From Schizosaccharomyces osmophilus (lineage: Eukaryota), in the NCBI RefSeq assembly GCF_027921745.1, contig NC_079238.1:2108001-2172000 (forward strand): a stretch of DNA of 64,000 bases, in the 5' to 3' direction. This document shows positions 46,375 to 59,170 of the stretch, piece after piece. The notes beneath the pieces were generated by a model that saw nothing but the letters and a program-made list of their open reading frames with translations, did no database searches and had not been told where the DNA came from. Numbering within the stretch: the stretch's first letter is position 1; every line of letters begins with the position of its first letter. The position numbers and the translations under genes were made by a program.

Positions 46375-48483
46375 ATGAGTGCTGCTGTTCAACAAATTCA
46401 AAAGGGCCTTGGACAGGTCTCTTTGGAAATTCCATACATCCAACATCGTATTGACCTTTTTGAAAAGTACAAGAAAGAAGCTGAAGAGGAGGTTGCCCAG
46501 AAGCCCAGGGAAGAAATTGACGTTACCCTTCCCGATGGAAAGGTTGTCAAAGCTACCAGCTGGGAAACTACTCCTATTCAAATCGCTACTTCGATTTCCA
46601 AGGGTCTTGCCGAGCGCACCGTCATTGCTAAGGTTGACGACAAGTTATGGGATTTGACTCGTCCTTTCGAGTCTTCCTGTTCCTTAAAACTTTTAGACTT
46701 TGAAGATCCTGAAGGAAAGCGAGTTTTTTGGCATTCCAGTGCCCATGTCCTTGGTGAGGCTTCTGAGCTTTTCTACGGCTGTCACTTATGTGTGGGTCCT
46801 CCTACGGACGATGGTTTCTTTTACGAAATGGCTATCGAAAATGAACGTGTTGTCACTTCCGAAGACTACAAGGGTCTTGACAATTTGGCTAAACAAGCAA
46901 TCAAGCAAAAGCAGCCCTTTGAACGTTTGGTCCTTTCTAAGGAAAGACTCCTTGAAATGTTCAGTCACAACAAGTATAAGCAACAAATAATTCAGAACAA
47001 GATCCCTGATGGTACCAGTACCACTGTTTATCGCTGTGGTCCTCTTATTGACTTGTGTACTGGTCCTCACGTCCCCCATACCGGTCGTGTCAAATCTTTT
47101 TCTGTTATGAAAAATTCTTCTTCTTACTTTTTGGGTGATGCCAAAAATGAGTCTCTTCAACGTGTTTATGGCGTTAGTTTCCCCGACAACAAGCAAATGC
47201 AGGAGTATAAAGCCTTTTTGCAAGAAGCTGCCAAGCGTGACCACCGTAAAATTGGTCGTGAACAAGAGCTCTTCTTCTTCAACGAACTTTCTCCCGGAAG
47301 CTGCTTCTTCTTGCCCCATGGTACTCGTATTTACAATACTTTACAGAGTTGGATGCGTGAACAATATGCTCAGCGCAATTATCAAGAAGTTATTACACCT
47401 AACATGTTCAACGTTAACCTTTGGAAAGCTTCTGGTCACTGGAATAACTACTCCGAGAACATATTTTCTTTTGATGTTGAAAAAGAGAAGTTTGCTTTGA
47501 AGCCTATGAACTGTCCTGGTCATTGTATAATTTACAAGAACCGCGATCGCAGTTATCGTGATCTTCCTTGGCGTGTTGCAGATTTCGGTGTTTTGCATAG
47601 AAACGAGTTCTCTGGTGCCCTTAGTGGTCTCACCCGTGTCCGTCGCTTCCAACAAGATGATGCTCATATCTTCTGCAGGCCCGACCAAGTAAGAAGCGAA
47701 ATTGAAGGATGTTTCGACTTTTTGCAACACGTTTACGGTATTTTTGGCTTTAATTTCCATTTGGAATTGTCTACTAGACCAGAAGAGAAATTCCTTGGTG
47801 ATGTTGCTACTTGGGATCGTGCCGAAGCTCAATTGAAGGCTGCCTTGGATAGTTCCGGTTACAACTGGGAATTAAATGCTGGGGATGGTGCTTTCTACGG
47901 TCCCAAGATTGATATCACCGTCTATGATGCCTTAAAACGCCAGCATCAATGTGCCACTATTCAGCTCGATTTCCAACTTCCTGAGCAATTCAGCCTTGAG
48001 TTCCATGCTCCTGTAAATGCCGAAGAAGCTAAGGAATCCGGTAACAATAACAGCTACATTCGTCCCGTCATGATTCATCGTGCCATTCTTGGCAGTCTGG
48101 AGCGTATGATTGCCATCCTTACCGAGCATTTTGCCGGTAAGTGGCCATTCTGGTTGTCTCCTCGCCAAGTTTGCATTGTTCCAGTCTCTGCTGCTGCTTA
48201 CACTTATGCTGAGAGAGTCAACCGTGCTTTAGTAGACGCTGGTCTTTACGCTGACGTTGACTTGTCGGATAACACCTTACCCAAGAAGGTACGTACCGCA
48301 CAACTTTCTCAATATAACTTCATCTTTGTTGTCGGTGCTGAAGAAGAAAAATCCGAAAGTGTGAATGTTCGTAACCGTGATGATCCTAAGAAGCAAAGCA
48401 AGGGTGAAGTTATTCCCGTGAAAGAAATCCTTGGGAAATTGCTTAAGCTCAAAGAATCCAAGTCTCGCGTTAATGAGTTGTAA
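46375..48483 (+). CDS. ths1: Cytoplasmic threonyl-tRNA synthetase
   Basis: TGS domain, editing motifs FWHSSAH and [42 protein letters not shown]. Confidence 0.98.
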   Translation: MSAAVQQIQKGLGQVSLEIPYIQHRIDLFEKYKKEAEEEVAQKPREEIDVTLPDGKVVKATSWETTPIQIATSISKGLAERTVIAKVDDKLWDLTRPFESSCSLKLLDFEDPEGKRVFWHSSAHVLGEASELFYGCHLCVGPPTDDGFFYEMAIENERVVTSEDYKGLDNLAKQAIKQKQPFERLVLSKERLLEMFSHNKYKQQIIQNKIPDGTSTTVYRCGPLIDLCTGPHVPHTGRVKSFSVMKNSSSYFLGDAKNESLQRVYGVSFPDNKQMQEYKAFLQEAAKRDHRKIGREQELFFFNELSPGSCFFLPHGTRIYNTLQSWMREQYAQRNYQEVITPNMFNVNLWKASGHWNNYSENIFSFDVEKEKFALKPMNCPGHCIIYKNRDRSYRDLPWRVADFGVLHRNEFSGALSGLTRVRRFQQDDAHIFCRPDQVRSEIEGCFDFLQHVYGIFGFNFHLELSTRPEEKFLGDVATWDRAEAQLKAALDSSGYNWELNAGDGAFYGPKIDITVYDALKRQHQCATIQLDFQLPEQFSLEFHAPVNAEEAKESGNNNSYIRPVMIHRAILGSLERMIAILTEHFAGKWPFWLSPRQVCIVPVSAAAYTYAERVNRALVDAGLYADVDLSDNTLPKKVRTAQLSQYNFIFVVGAEEEKSESVNVRNRDDPKKQSKGEVIPVKEILGKLLKLKESKSRVNEL

Positions 48484-48904
48484 TTCTAGCTTGCCAATTT
48501 AAATCCATTTTTTAGGGGAATAAGGTTATTTACTATAAATGCAATATTCGTATTTTACTTCAGTGAAAATAAACTCTAAACTGAGCGCTTGGATCTCCAC
48601 CAACTAACCCAGGTTGCGTAAAGTACAATTAACCAAGTTGCACATACTAGTATGTTTACTTTTAAGCTAGTAGAAACACTAGATGATTCAGGCTGAACTC
48701 CGATCAAGCATTCAATAGTAGTTCCAGGTGCTCTTAAACAAATGTCAGTAGTTAGAGTCATAGTTAACCTTGCTTTCTTTTTTTGTTTAAAGTTATAGAA
48801 TTTATTTAAGTAGGCGTCATACAATTACGTTAATGATTCAAAGGTCCTACTACCAACCATACTGTCACTTACTCTTACCACTAGGTAAGGTCTAATGATT
48901 TCCA

Positions 48905-51700
48905 ATGGGTAATTGCATTGTGCAAATGGTTTAGATGGACTAATAAAAGTTAGATAATTTAATTGCTCATGGTTTGACTCATAAATTATACGATAAACGG
49001 AAATCTACTGCCTACGAGTTAGAACGGTAAGATATGATTCTTCAGAAATCATGTAGTTCATTTTCTCAGGGAATTATTCCATATGAAGACATTGTGATGC
49101 TAATTGAACGTGTGTGTTAGAGTTGTTCGACAATACTTGGAAAAAAATGAAACGGACAAAGTGCAGGATGTCATCAATGAGCTGGCGGACAATTTCATTT
49201 ATTCGCCAACAAAAGGATCTAACGCTGTTTATGGTGGACTAATAGGTCTAGCCGCAGTTGCTATTGCCCTGGGTCCGGTAAGTCTATATACTTCGTTTGT
49301 TTTAAATTACCATTCTAACACCAGTGTTAGAAAATTGACAAATATATGGAGTCAATTATAATGCCAGTGCTATACTGTTTTAATGATTCCGATTCCAAAA
49401 TCCGTTACTATGCATGTGAAAGCATGTATAATATTGGCAAAGTTGCTAAAGGAGAAGTATTTCGCTTTTTTAATCTTATGTTCGATGTTTTATGCAAATT
49501 ATTTGCTGACACAGAAATAACTGTTAAGAATGGCGCCGAATTGTTGGATAGATTGGTTAAGGACATTGTCATCCAGCAAGCTTCAACGTACATGTCTAGT
49601 GTGGAAAACCTCGACAATTTTAAAGACAAAACCGCTACTTCTTCTATGCAGGATGTTCCAGTCTTATCTTGTGAATCTCCTCAAATGCAAACGTTTTCTC
49701 TTGCCAAGCTCGTTCCTTTGCTATCCGAAAGGTTGTATGTAATAAACCCCAATACCAGAATGTTTTTAGTTTCTTGGATTCGATTACTTGACAGTATTCC
49801 AGACCTTGAATTCATTTCTTACTTGCCTTACCTTCTGGATGGGCTTATGAACTACTTGAGTGATCCTAATGAAAGTATTCGAATCGTTACAAGTAACTGC
49901 TTATACGATTTTTTGAGAGAAATTCAGAGAATAGCCAAAGTGAAGTATCATATTCTTCAACGAGATGAAGAAAGTGAACCCGACTTTTTTAATTTGATGA
50001 TTCGCCGAGTAACATCTGATTCAGAAATGCATGAGATTTCAGAATACGTGGAGGGTTCGCTGAAAGATGGATCCTTTATACTAGAAGCGCATATTCAAAT
50101 TGACTGCAAGAAAATTTTAGAAATAATAGTCAATCATTTGGGTTCATCTGTACCTCTTATCCAAGAAAAGGCACTGAAATGGCTTTATGAGTTTATTTAC
50201 ATTTCACCAAAGGACGTTCTCGTTTTAATTTCAAAGGTGCTAGAAAACCTTTTACCTTTAATGTCTAAAGGAGAAAATATTCGTCAGACTGCTAAAGAGC
50301 TCAGTCAAAACTTGGTCATCTTAGTCAGTAAAGTGATGGATATTGAGATATCTGAGCTTGATACCAGTCAAAATGATAATAGTTTAACTGTTGACTTCCA
50401 TACATTAATAGAAGTTTTGCAGAAACTTCTTTCCAATGATAACGAAGAAACTCGACTATGTTCTCTTGAATGGGTTTTATTATTACAAAGGAGAGCAGGC
50501 GGAAAACTCATCAGTATGCATGATACGATTTTTCAGACGTTCTTGATGCAGCTGTCAGATCCTAGTGACCTGGTTGTTTCTCGAATTTTGGAACTTTTGG
50601 CTTATATCGCCATTTCTCACAAAAGCGAAAATTTGGTTCCTTTCTTAAAGTATCTTTTACAAATGTTTTCTGAAGATAGGAAGTTTTTGAATTCTCGGGG
50701 TAATCTCATCATTCGCCAACTATGCAATCATATTGAAGGGGAACGGGTTTATACTGCATTTGCCAGTATTTTAGAAGTAGAAGAGGTAAGCTTGTTAGAT
50801 TTCTTTATGGTACTAATCCTATAGAACTTGGAATTGGCAAGCACTATGGTCGAGGTTTTAAATAACAATCTATTTACAGCTCCTGAATTGTTTGATCTTC
50901 GGAAAAAGCTAAAGCAGAACTCTCTAAAAGTAAGTTTTTCTATTACTGAAAGATTTTAACAAACCATATTAGCTACAAAACATCTTCACAACCCTTTATC
51001 GTGCATGGTGTCATAATTCTGTCGCAGTTTTTGCCTTATGTCTTTTGTCTCAAAATTACGAACATGCCGCAAACCTCCTAACCGTATTGTAAGTTTTTGA
51101 AGATAATTATCTGTACACAAATTTACTAATTTAAACAGTGCCGAAATTGAATTTAATGTTGATATGCTGATTCAATTGGACAAGTTGGTGCAACTCATCG
51201 AGTCACCGGTTTTTACATGTACGTGTATGAAGTGGACAAGGTTTACTAACTATTAAGATATGCGTTTACAACTGCTGGAGCCTGAAAAGTATCCTTACCT
51301 TCATAAAGCTCTGTACGGAATTTTAATGCTGTTACCGCAGTCTTCTGCCTTCAGAACTCTGCGGGACCGACTCCAATGTACTACCGTGACGAAAAGCAGT
51401 GTTTTACTACCAAACGAACGCATCAGTAGAACGAGAAGAGACGATCCCTACTGGTCTGATTTATTAGAAAGGCTGCGTACCGTGCAACTTTCTCATCAGA
51501 ATAATTACCGCGAACCAATTCGGGCAACTAATTTAGCTTTAGCAGGAGCGTTGCCATCAATTCCGACAGCCACGACGATATCAACAACTACGTCGGCCTC
51601 AGGAATAACGACTACTGCTAGTAATTCCAAAGATTTAATCGCTAATAAGTTTCCGCATGCTGTAGCAGTGCCACCGGGAACTCGAAAGAAATCCAAATAA
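48905..51700 (+). CDS. vac14: PI(3,5)P2 regulatory scaffold Vac14. Eight exons; introns 48909-48953, 49027-49120, 49278-49330, 50786-50824, 50930-50972, 51089-51138, 51219-51257
   Basis: MDNL...[70 protein letters not shown]. Confidence 0.95.
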
Positions 51701-52041
51701 TTGACTATAATTGAATTTTTGCAAAACAAGACATACTTATCTAAAGATAATTATTTATTCATATTATGATTAATTATGGAACGCTTAGATTATATATAAA
51801 AAATAAATGGATTTCACACGAGCAGCGCCGTTATGGTATAACTTTTTTATGAATATCTTTAAAAGGATATGCGATGTTAACTGAAAACAAAAAGTAAGCG
51901 GCATTAAAGAAGAATTGGAGACAAAACATGAATAACCAAATGTGCAACGAAAATAAAAAAGGTATAAGGGAAGAATAGAATTAAGTTTGAGACAAAGAAA
52001 GTGGGTATATATCATTGCGGTATTGTATAAGGAGATGCTTC

Positions 52042-52551
52042 TTAGTCGTACCAATTCATCATCCATTTATCAATAGCATAGGAAAAGGCACCGAAACCAG
52101 CACCACCTAAAATCATGGCCTTTGGACCCGCCCGTCTGGCTAGAACACCACCGGTGAAAAATCCAGCAATTGTTGGATTGTAAATATCAGTTTTAGCACG
52201 GAAAGCTTCAATGCAGCACTCGGAACCAGCGAATATAAGACCAAGGACACCAAAACTTTTAGCTGATGAGTAAGAACGGGTACCCATATCTCTCAACTGA
52301 ATACGAAGCTGTTCACGGAATTTCTTTTCATAAATTTGAGGATCCATACTTTGCATGTCAAGAGAGGACATAAAAAGACCAAAAATACCACCCAAGCCAA
52401 AGCCCATACCACCAGCTGCGACACTTTTGAATACACAGCTTTCTTGTACAAATGTGACGATTTTAGATTGGAGCATCATTGACTTTTCCTCTGGTGATAG
52501 CTCATTAGAGGAACCATTTCCACCCGGCAATAACGACAAAGGATTATTCAT
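52042..52551 (-). CDS. tim22: Mitochondrial inner-membrane translocase Tim22
   Basis: ESCVFKS, GFGLGGIFGLF, ECCIEAFRAKTD, GFGAFSYAID. Confidence 0.95.
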   Translation of the reverse strand: MNNPLSLLPGGNGSSNELSPEEKSMMLQSKIVTFVQESCVFKSVAAGGMGFGLGGIFGLFMSSLDMQSMDPQIYEKKFREQLRIQLRDMGTRSYSSAKSFGVLGLIFAGSECCIEAFRAKTDIYNPTIAGFFTGGVLARRAGPKAMILGGAGFGAFSYAIDKWMMNWYD

Positions 52552-52919
52552 TTTGAATAGAAAAAGATGTTCAGTTAAAAACGCGTGAACTTTCTCGTTT
52601 AGTATAAGTAAATATTGAAACTATCTGTCCAAGTAGGAGAGGAATGCAGCTATAGAGAAATTTAATATGAAAGAATAACCCAATCTATAAATGAATGAAT
52701 TGAATTCAATCGTCGATTGAAGGTGTAGGAGTTTTTCAAGCGGGAACTTTTTGCGATGCCAGTACCAAAAAACCACTCAGATGTAACCGGACTAGGAATT
52801 ACGATTTGTAAAGGTAAAACGACGACGGGACCCAAAAAGATTTTAATGAAATAGCCTCTTCTAAATTTACCATGCAGGTATACTATTTTGGTGGAAGACG
52901 AGAAAGGACCAGGAAAAGG

Positions 52920-52927
52920 CAGTCACA
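52920..52927 (+). promoter_or_regulatory. Homol D box of the egd2 promoter
   Basis: Exact CAGTCACA ending 88 bp before the egd2 ATG, a spacing typical of fission-yeast ribosomal-protein-type promoters. Confidence 0.7.
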
Positions 52928-53014
52928 TATGTTTGAGGCAGGTCAACAACAAATTTGGCAGCAAGGAACTCGAACTTTTCCAACAACGAGAAGTAAACTA
53001 TAAACGTAAACAAA

Positions 53015-53659
53015 ATGTCTGTCGAATCTCAACCCGTTGAACAAGTCTCTCAGCTTCCCGAGGGTTCTACCACCGTTGTCCATGCTGAAAAGGCTCAAAA
53101 ACTGATTCAAAAGTTGGGTCTTAAGCGTGTTGAAGGCATCACCCGTGTTGCTATGCGCCGTGCTAAGAACGTTTTGTTGATCGTTAACGACCCCATAGTT
53201 TACAAGAGCAGCAACAACGCTTACGTCGTCCTCGGTAAGGTCACCGTTGAAGACATGGCTGCTCAAGCCCGTGCCTTCAGCGAATCCCAAAAGAAGAATG
53301 GTGAAGCTGGTGAGGATGCTGCTGTTGAAGAGGCTGCTCCTGCCAAGGAAGAGCCCGCTAAAATTGAAGAAGCTGAAGAGCCTGTTGATGAAAGCGGTGT
53401 TGACGCCAAGGACGTCGAATTGGTCATGGCTCAAGCCAACGTCAACCGTGCCAAGGCCGTTCAAGCTTTGAAGGAAAATAACGTAAGTACCATGAAACAA
53501 TCGAGCAGAAAAAGAATGGAATGCCGAAATTGAAACAAATGAAACTTCTACCAATCGGCTTCCATTTTTGTAACTTCTTAATCTTTTTTCTCTATACAAT
53601 GTACTAACCAAATACTACAGAGCGACGTTGTGAACGCTATCATGTCTCTTACTATGTAA
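53015..53659 (+). CDS. egd2: Nascent polypeptide-associated complex alpha subunit. Exons 53015-53482 and 53621-53659
   Basis: NAC domain KLGLKRVEGITRV, UBA domain [36 protein letters not shown]. Confidence 0.96.
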
Positions 53660-54270
53660 ACTCGCAATACAGAAATTGTGTAGATTTTGTATTCATGGCT
53701 CCTTTACATGAAAAAATATCATTACGTTTATTTTATGCCCTGTTAAAGTGCGTTGTAGAAGAGGTAAACCGTAGTAAATATCGTACAGAAGCTTGTGAAC
53801 AAAGTTACGTCGTATAGGACATGGCGGACACGATAAAAACCAATGAGTGTTTTCAAACACGCTGGTAGCGTTCATAAAGGGGAACGAACTGGTAATAAAC
53901 TTCCATTGATCTATAAAGCTTGTGAGTATTTCGTCTAACCTTTTTATCCTACTTCTCAGGAGTGGATAGTTGCATGAGTCGGTATCATCATGTTGTGTTT
54001 TGTGCATTTTTGGGTAAAATAAAAATTAAAAGGGAAATTGAGAACCACTCGCGCAGGATTGTCGAGAATCTTCAACTAATTAATCAACGAGCCGAATTAT
54101 AAGACCCATTCATTCATGGCTAGAGAAAGAAGCATAAAATAATAATCATACGTCAAGGATCGATAGAAAGCCAAAACATAAATCGTCCAGTTCATTCACC
54201 AAGGAACTTTTCATTGATTTCGAGTAGTTAGTTAAGTAGAAAACCGGGGAATAAGAAGGAAATCGGAGCC

Positions 54271-55185
54271 TCATAATAAAATATACATAAAAAGAATTTG
54301 GGAAGCAGCAATGAAGAAAAGAAAGTATATGCGTCTACTCCGTTGATGAGAGGTTATGGTAGCATTAATGGCCATCGTAGACTCGGGCAGCACTGCATAC
54401 TTCAAAGAGCGCAAAAGGAAAAAGGCAGTGGCCAAGTAGGTGTAAAGAAAAGTAAATCTAGTAAACCAGGGCATGCCAGCTAACCGACTGAGGGAGGTTA
54501 AAATGAGACCAATAAACTTGTAACCGCTAAAGGCTAAGAGATCCAGGACCTGGCTCTGGTTTGAGATGTTTAGCAAATAGCATCCGAGGCGAGTTGCCAA
54601 GAACTCAAAAAAGACTACACCACACGCTTTACTAGCACGTAATCCCAAAAGCTCAGGCTGGAACTTATCTTGTATGCCTGCAAGCGCACAGATTAAAAGA
54701 AGATGTGTAACGAATGCCATTAAGGGAATGTACATGTCTGGAGAATTTAAGTCTTCTCCTGGAGCGCAGTATCCTTCAGCGCTACCATTCATTTCTGATC
54801 GTTTCAGTTTACGAGTCCAGGACCTACGACGCCAAGGAAAAATAATCAGCAATAGTTTTGCTACAACATAAGAATTGGTTACCGAGAAGTAATGGTGGAG
54901 TTGTGTGGTAGAAAGCCATTTTCCAAAGTTCTGTTCCACATACTCATGACCAGCGTTGACAGCATTTCTGCCTAACTGAAAACCCATTTGGGCAGTAGCT
55001 GAATTGGGTAAATAAGATGCTGTCGAAGGCATGCCCATGCCAGCAGCCATATTGGGATTTTCATATGGAGAGGTCATGGAGACTCCGGCAGGAAATCCTG
55101 GTTGGGGCTCGTACCGACTACCTGTTCGCATATTGGGACTAGGTATGGCGTGTGTCGGTTGAGGATGATACAGTTTTGGAGGCAT
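54271..55185 (-). CDS. hrf1: COPII vesicle protein, Yif1/Hrf1 family
   Basis: YFSVTNSYVVAKLLLIIFPW, DLNSPDMYIPLMAFVT, DLLAFSGYKF, FFLLRSLK. Confidence 0.93.
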   Translation of the reverse strand: MPPKLYHPQPTHAIPSPNMRTGSRYEPQPGFPAGVSMTSPYENPNMAAGMGMPSTASYLPNSATAQMGFQLGRNAVNAGHEYVEQNFGKWLSTTQLHHYFSVTNSYVVAKLLLIIFPWRRRSWTRKLKRSEMNGSAEGYCAPGEDLNSPDMYIPLMAFVTHLLLICALAGIQDKFQPELLGLRASKACGVVFFEFLATRLGCYLLNISNQSQVLDLLAFSGYKFIGLILTSLSRLAGMPWFTRFTFLYTYLATAFFLLRSLKYAVLPESTMAINATITSHQRSRRIYFLFFIAASQILFMYILL

Positions 55186-55425
55186 TTGTACAGAGTCTCT
55201 GCTCTCCTCTAAATACGTACACTTGGGTAGAGGATAGGACAGGACTGAACGAAGTTCAGATGGAAAAAAATAGATTAATATACAGAAAGGATGGAAAAAA
55301 AGAGTTTTATCTTTTGAAATAGATACACAATAAATAAATAAATAAATGAAACATGTATGTCAAGATTAAGATGATGAAGACACTTTTCGAAATTTTTTGG
55401 CATCTGAAACGAACCCAGAACCAGA

Positions 55426-55839
55426 ATGCCTAAGAACAAAGGTAAAGGTGGTAAGAACCGCCGTCGCGGAAAAAATGAGAACGAGAATGAAAAGCGTGAA
55501 TTGACCTATTCTGAAGAAGGTCAAATTTACGCTCAAGTTACCAGAATGCTTGGTAACGGTCGTATTGAGGCAGCCTGTTTTGATGGTGTCAAGCGTTTAG
55601 GTCACATCCGTGGTAAATTGAGGAAAAAGGTTTGGATTAACCAAGGTGACATTATTTTATTGTCTCTTCGTGAATTCCAAGACGAGAAGGGTGATGTGAT
55701 CTTGAAGTACACCGCTGACGAAGCTCGTACTCTCAAGAACCAAGGTGAGTTGCCCGAGACTGCCAAGATTAACGAGACCGACTTTGGTGTTGAAGGAGAA
55801 GACGATCTTGACTTTGAATTTGATGTTGATGCTATTTAA
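55426..55839 (+). CDS. tif11: Translation initiation factor eIF1A
   Basis: [34 protein letters not shown]. Confidence 0.99.
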   Translation: MPKNKGKGGKNRRRGKNENENEKRELTYSEEGQIYAQVTRMLGNGRIEAACFDGVKRLGHIRGKLRKKVWINQGDIILLSLREFQDEKGDVILKYTADEARTLKNQGELPETAKINETDFGVEGEDDLDFEFDVDAI

Positions 55840-56637
55840 ATTCACTGAAAAAAGTAACTTTTTTATGGTGCACTTGGAAATATGGTGAATGGAAGACGGT
55901 GGGCTTCAAAATTTATAATAAAATGCTCGCTTGTCTATTTTCAACTTAATTTCTAATGGTGTATATGGTTTCTTGGTTTTCCTTTTTATTTTTTACTAGA
56001 AGAAAAAAATAAAAAATTCCTTCCTATGGCCGAAAATATGTCTCCCTTCTTTTTCCGTTTTGGTCTCCGGTATATAATGGTATTTAACAAGATTATACTC
56101 GGATTTCCGTCCTAGATTGTTATTAACTTTTGTCTTGTTAATTTCTATCTTGGTTGTTTCGTTCTGGCTCATGAAAATAAAATGAATTACTAAACAAACA
56201 TGAATTGGGTAGATGAGTATGGTATCCTGTACATTATATAGTAAAACTTATCGTTTTTTATTTTGTTTCCTATTTTCTATCATGTTGCTTTCAGCAAAAT
56301 GGAAGGAGACCAAGCAAAAAATTTCAAACACTGTATAATGGCAGTAGAGTAGTGATTCAAATTTCCAGTGTTGTCAAGATACAAAATTTATAGCTTGGTT
56401 TCATTTTCATAAAAAATAAAAAAATAAAAAGAATATGTTTATTAGCACGTTTCTTTTACTTCTATGTAACCACATGCTTGTAGAAATATACCGAAAATTC
56501 AATGAAACCGGGGTAAAATAACATTTTTCATAAAGGATATTATAAGAAGATAAACATAACAAAAAAAATGAATGCATCAAATAAACAAGAATGTGAGTTG
56601 CCTGTAGATCTCATAAAGGATTCGTTTATTCGTAGGA

Positions 56638-57900
56638 TTACAGATAGGGTGGCCGTAACTTTCCAGGCTCAACGGTAAAAGAAGACAGTGGTCGATTAAC
56701 AAACGCCATTTGAATTCGCTTCAGACTTCGAATCTTTAGAATCCCAACAGCACTGAAGATCGCCGCCATTGAAAAAATCAGTCCAACAGTCGAATAAAAG
56801 GCAGTTGAAGATTCTTCAAACCCGTTTGGCAAGTTCATACCATAAATGCCAGCAATTATGGCACCGAATCCCAATCCCAGCGTGACCGCAGAAAGTTTTA
56901 ACCCAAGCAACATAAGGGAGTTTCTGTTCGCATCTAACATAATATTACATATTTCCTCTGTACTTCGGATATTGCCCACTAAATTATCTGTCTGCTGCAC
57001 AATTTCGTCTACTTGCTTGTAGTAGGTTTCAAGCAATAACTCTATTTCATCATGTTTATCATGATCTCTAGGCTTGCCGGTTCGAAGGCGCTCCGTCAAG
57101 TACATGCCTGCTAAATCCTGATCCTGTTCTAGTAATTCATCTAAAACATCGCGAATTAAAGTAGTCTTTTTTAGAAATCCAGAGAGACGTCTCGAAAACA
57201 TCAGAAGGGTTCGAAGCCGATCTTGATTAATATCGAGCTCAAAGTCAGCCAAAAGATCAGAAACAAGGTTTTGCAACACTTGTAATTCAGATTCCAAATT
57301 GTTTACAACGCTTATTAATATCGTTTCTAAAGCCATCATTTCATAGGGAAGAAACCCAAAATCACTGGCGCTTTGTTTCAATCGTCCCTGTAATTCATAT
57401 ATAAATTGCGATTGGGAATAGGAGTGCTGTGACCCAAAAACGTCAAATAACAGTACAGAATCTGCCTTGATTAGGGCTCGAATGTGCAAAAGGTTAACTA
57501 GAATTGATCCCTCCCGTACAAGGATTACCGGAACGATAGAATTGATACTAGTATTTAGCTTCCGTAAGTCACGAGGCAGTAAACCATTCTGCTTGCACAA
57601 ATCCATTTTCTTAAAATCGCCACATATTACTCTCACGTTTCCTTGAGAATCAAATTCCGTGCAGTTCATCAGTAATTGGTTCTTAGAAGCATTTCGAGGA
57701 AACCATTCTGCACGGTTTTCAACGAGATCATGGTGGCTGCAACTTTTCTTTTGAAGGCTTTCAAGTACATTGTCATGTTGTCTTGATGGAAGTAGCCGTG
57801 AATGGAATCGGGCAATGGGTAAACGAAAGGGAGAAGCAAATACTCGAGACTTTAAAAGAGAGAACCCAAAAGACCTTGAAATTTTTGTTGGAAGTAGCAT
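56638..57900 (-). CDS. mrs2: Mitochondrial Mg2+ channel, Mrs2/CorA family
   Basis: Arg/Ser-rich presequence from the first ATG (57900), LLPRDLRKL, ELLLETY, LDANRN, GMN motif between two TM segments. Confidence 0.94.
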   Translation of the reverse strand: MLLPTKISRSFGFSLLKSRVFASPFRLPIARFHSRLLPSRQHDNVLESLQKKSCSHHDLVENRAEWFPRNASKNQLLMNCTEFDSQGNVRVICGDFKKMDLCKQNGLLPRDLRKLNTSINSIVPVILVREGSILVNLLHIRALIKADSVLLFDVFGSQHSYSQSQFIYELQGRLKQSASDFGFLPYEMMALETILISVVNNLESELQVLQNLVSDLLADFELDINQDRLRTLLMFSRRLSGFLKKTTLIRDVLDELLEQDQDLAGMYLTERLRTGKPRDHDKHDEIELLLETYYKQVDEIVQQTDNLVGNIRSTEEICNIMLDANRNSLMLLGLKLSAVTLGLGFGAIIAGIYGMNLPNGFEESSTAFYSTVGLIFSMAAIFSAVGILKIRSLKRIQMAFVNRPLSSFTVEPGKLRPPYL

Positions 57901-59170
57901 GGGAGCAACTTTTATGCGACGAAACTGAAAGAGTAAAATCCGCAGACTTGCGAATTTGATATCGGCCCAATAATTCAAAAAATCCTTATTTGATGGCGGA
58001 ATCTGAGAATATTTCTATTCGAATCCGGAGTCCTTGAATGGCGTCTTGGTTATGAGTTGAAACCAAATTTTTCAGGATTATCGAGTTGCAAACCTTCAAG
58101 GCTTGTAACGTCCGTCTGCGACTGTGGTGGCTTTCCTTTTTCTTCTTAATTTTTAATGAAAAATAATTACTAACAATCTAACCCTCTAATCTAGCATAAT
58201 AGCAACGATTTTAAAAGTATTGTAACTAGTAGTGTTAGGAATGGTGGGAAATAAATTGCAGCAGTCAAGAGCACATCTGTCTGGAATAATAAATACAAAA
58301 AGTTTTTGCTTTTTTCTTTAATTATGAATTAAGTAATAAAAAGAACCAAAAGATATGTGTGAACGCAAATGTTTGCTTGATGGCAACTACTAATACTAAA
58401 CTGAATAGTATACAAACTCAGCAGCAAGGAGAAGATTTCGGGAATGTCAATGGATTTCCACATCATTTTTATTCGGAGATATTGTTTTCCAAAGTGCTTT
58501 CCTTGTGATGCCCTCATGCTGGACTCCAGGAATTATACTTACATGAAATGAAAGTATGTCGATTCCAACGTTGACCCGTTGTTTCTTTCAGCCAACCAAA
58601 TCTTTCCTTAAAAACTAATTCAAACAAAACATATGGCAATTGATTTTTCTTATGCTTCCATCTTTTGAATTCGATATTCTAGTTCGATATGTCCAAATTT
58701 ACTACATTTGCGTTATAAATGTTAGCTATTCTAAGCGAGTCGTTTAACAATGCTTAAACCTCTTCTAATACAGCTTTTTTTCTGGATGTATTACTAGAAC
58801 GGTTTGGCGGTTTTATGCACAGTTCTCTTTGGATAATGTGTTTTTTTATATTAGTGAAGATAATGAAAAGTCTCTTTTAGGCTCCTGCGAGAATCTCTTG
58901 TCGGCCTGGTTTCTACAGGAACAGCAGAAGCCATCCTGGCCTTAGCAAACCAATAGTCAAGAGAACCTTTATTTTAGTAATGAAATACTTTAGAAAACGA
59001 AATATACGTCTTTGCTTCATCAATTCTTTCATACACAATGCTCGTATTATTTACAATAGTAAGTAACAGCGTTACCTATTGTGTTTCGTATGCGAAGAGA
59101 CAGATGGGAACCTACCATTTCCCCCTCTCCTGCTCAATTACACAGTCAACAGAAAAGTGAAAGATTTACC

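Noticed and set aside
53693..54007. 104-aa minus-strand ORF between egd2 and hrf1
   Set aside because: It lies in convergent 3' UTRs with no room for a promoter and no recognisable domain.
58380..58508. 42-codon + strand ORF (MATTNTK...) and a nearby minus-strand GTAAGT
   Set aside because: I could not build a coherent gene model or recognise homology.
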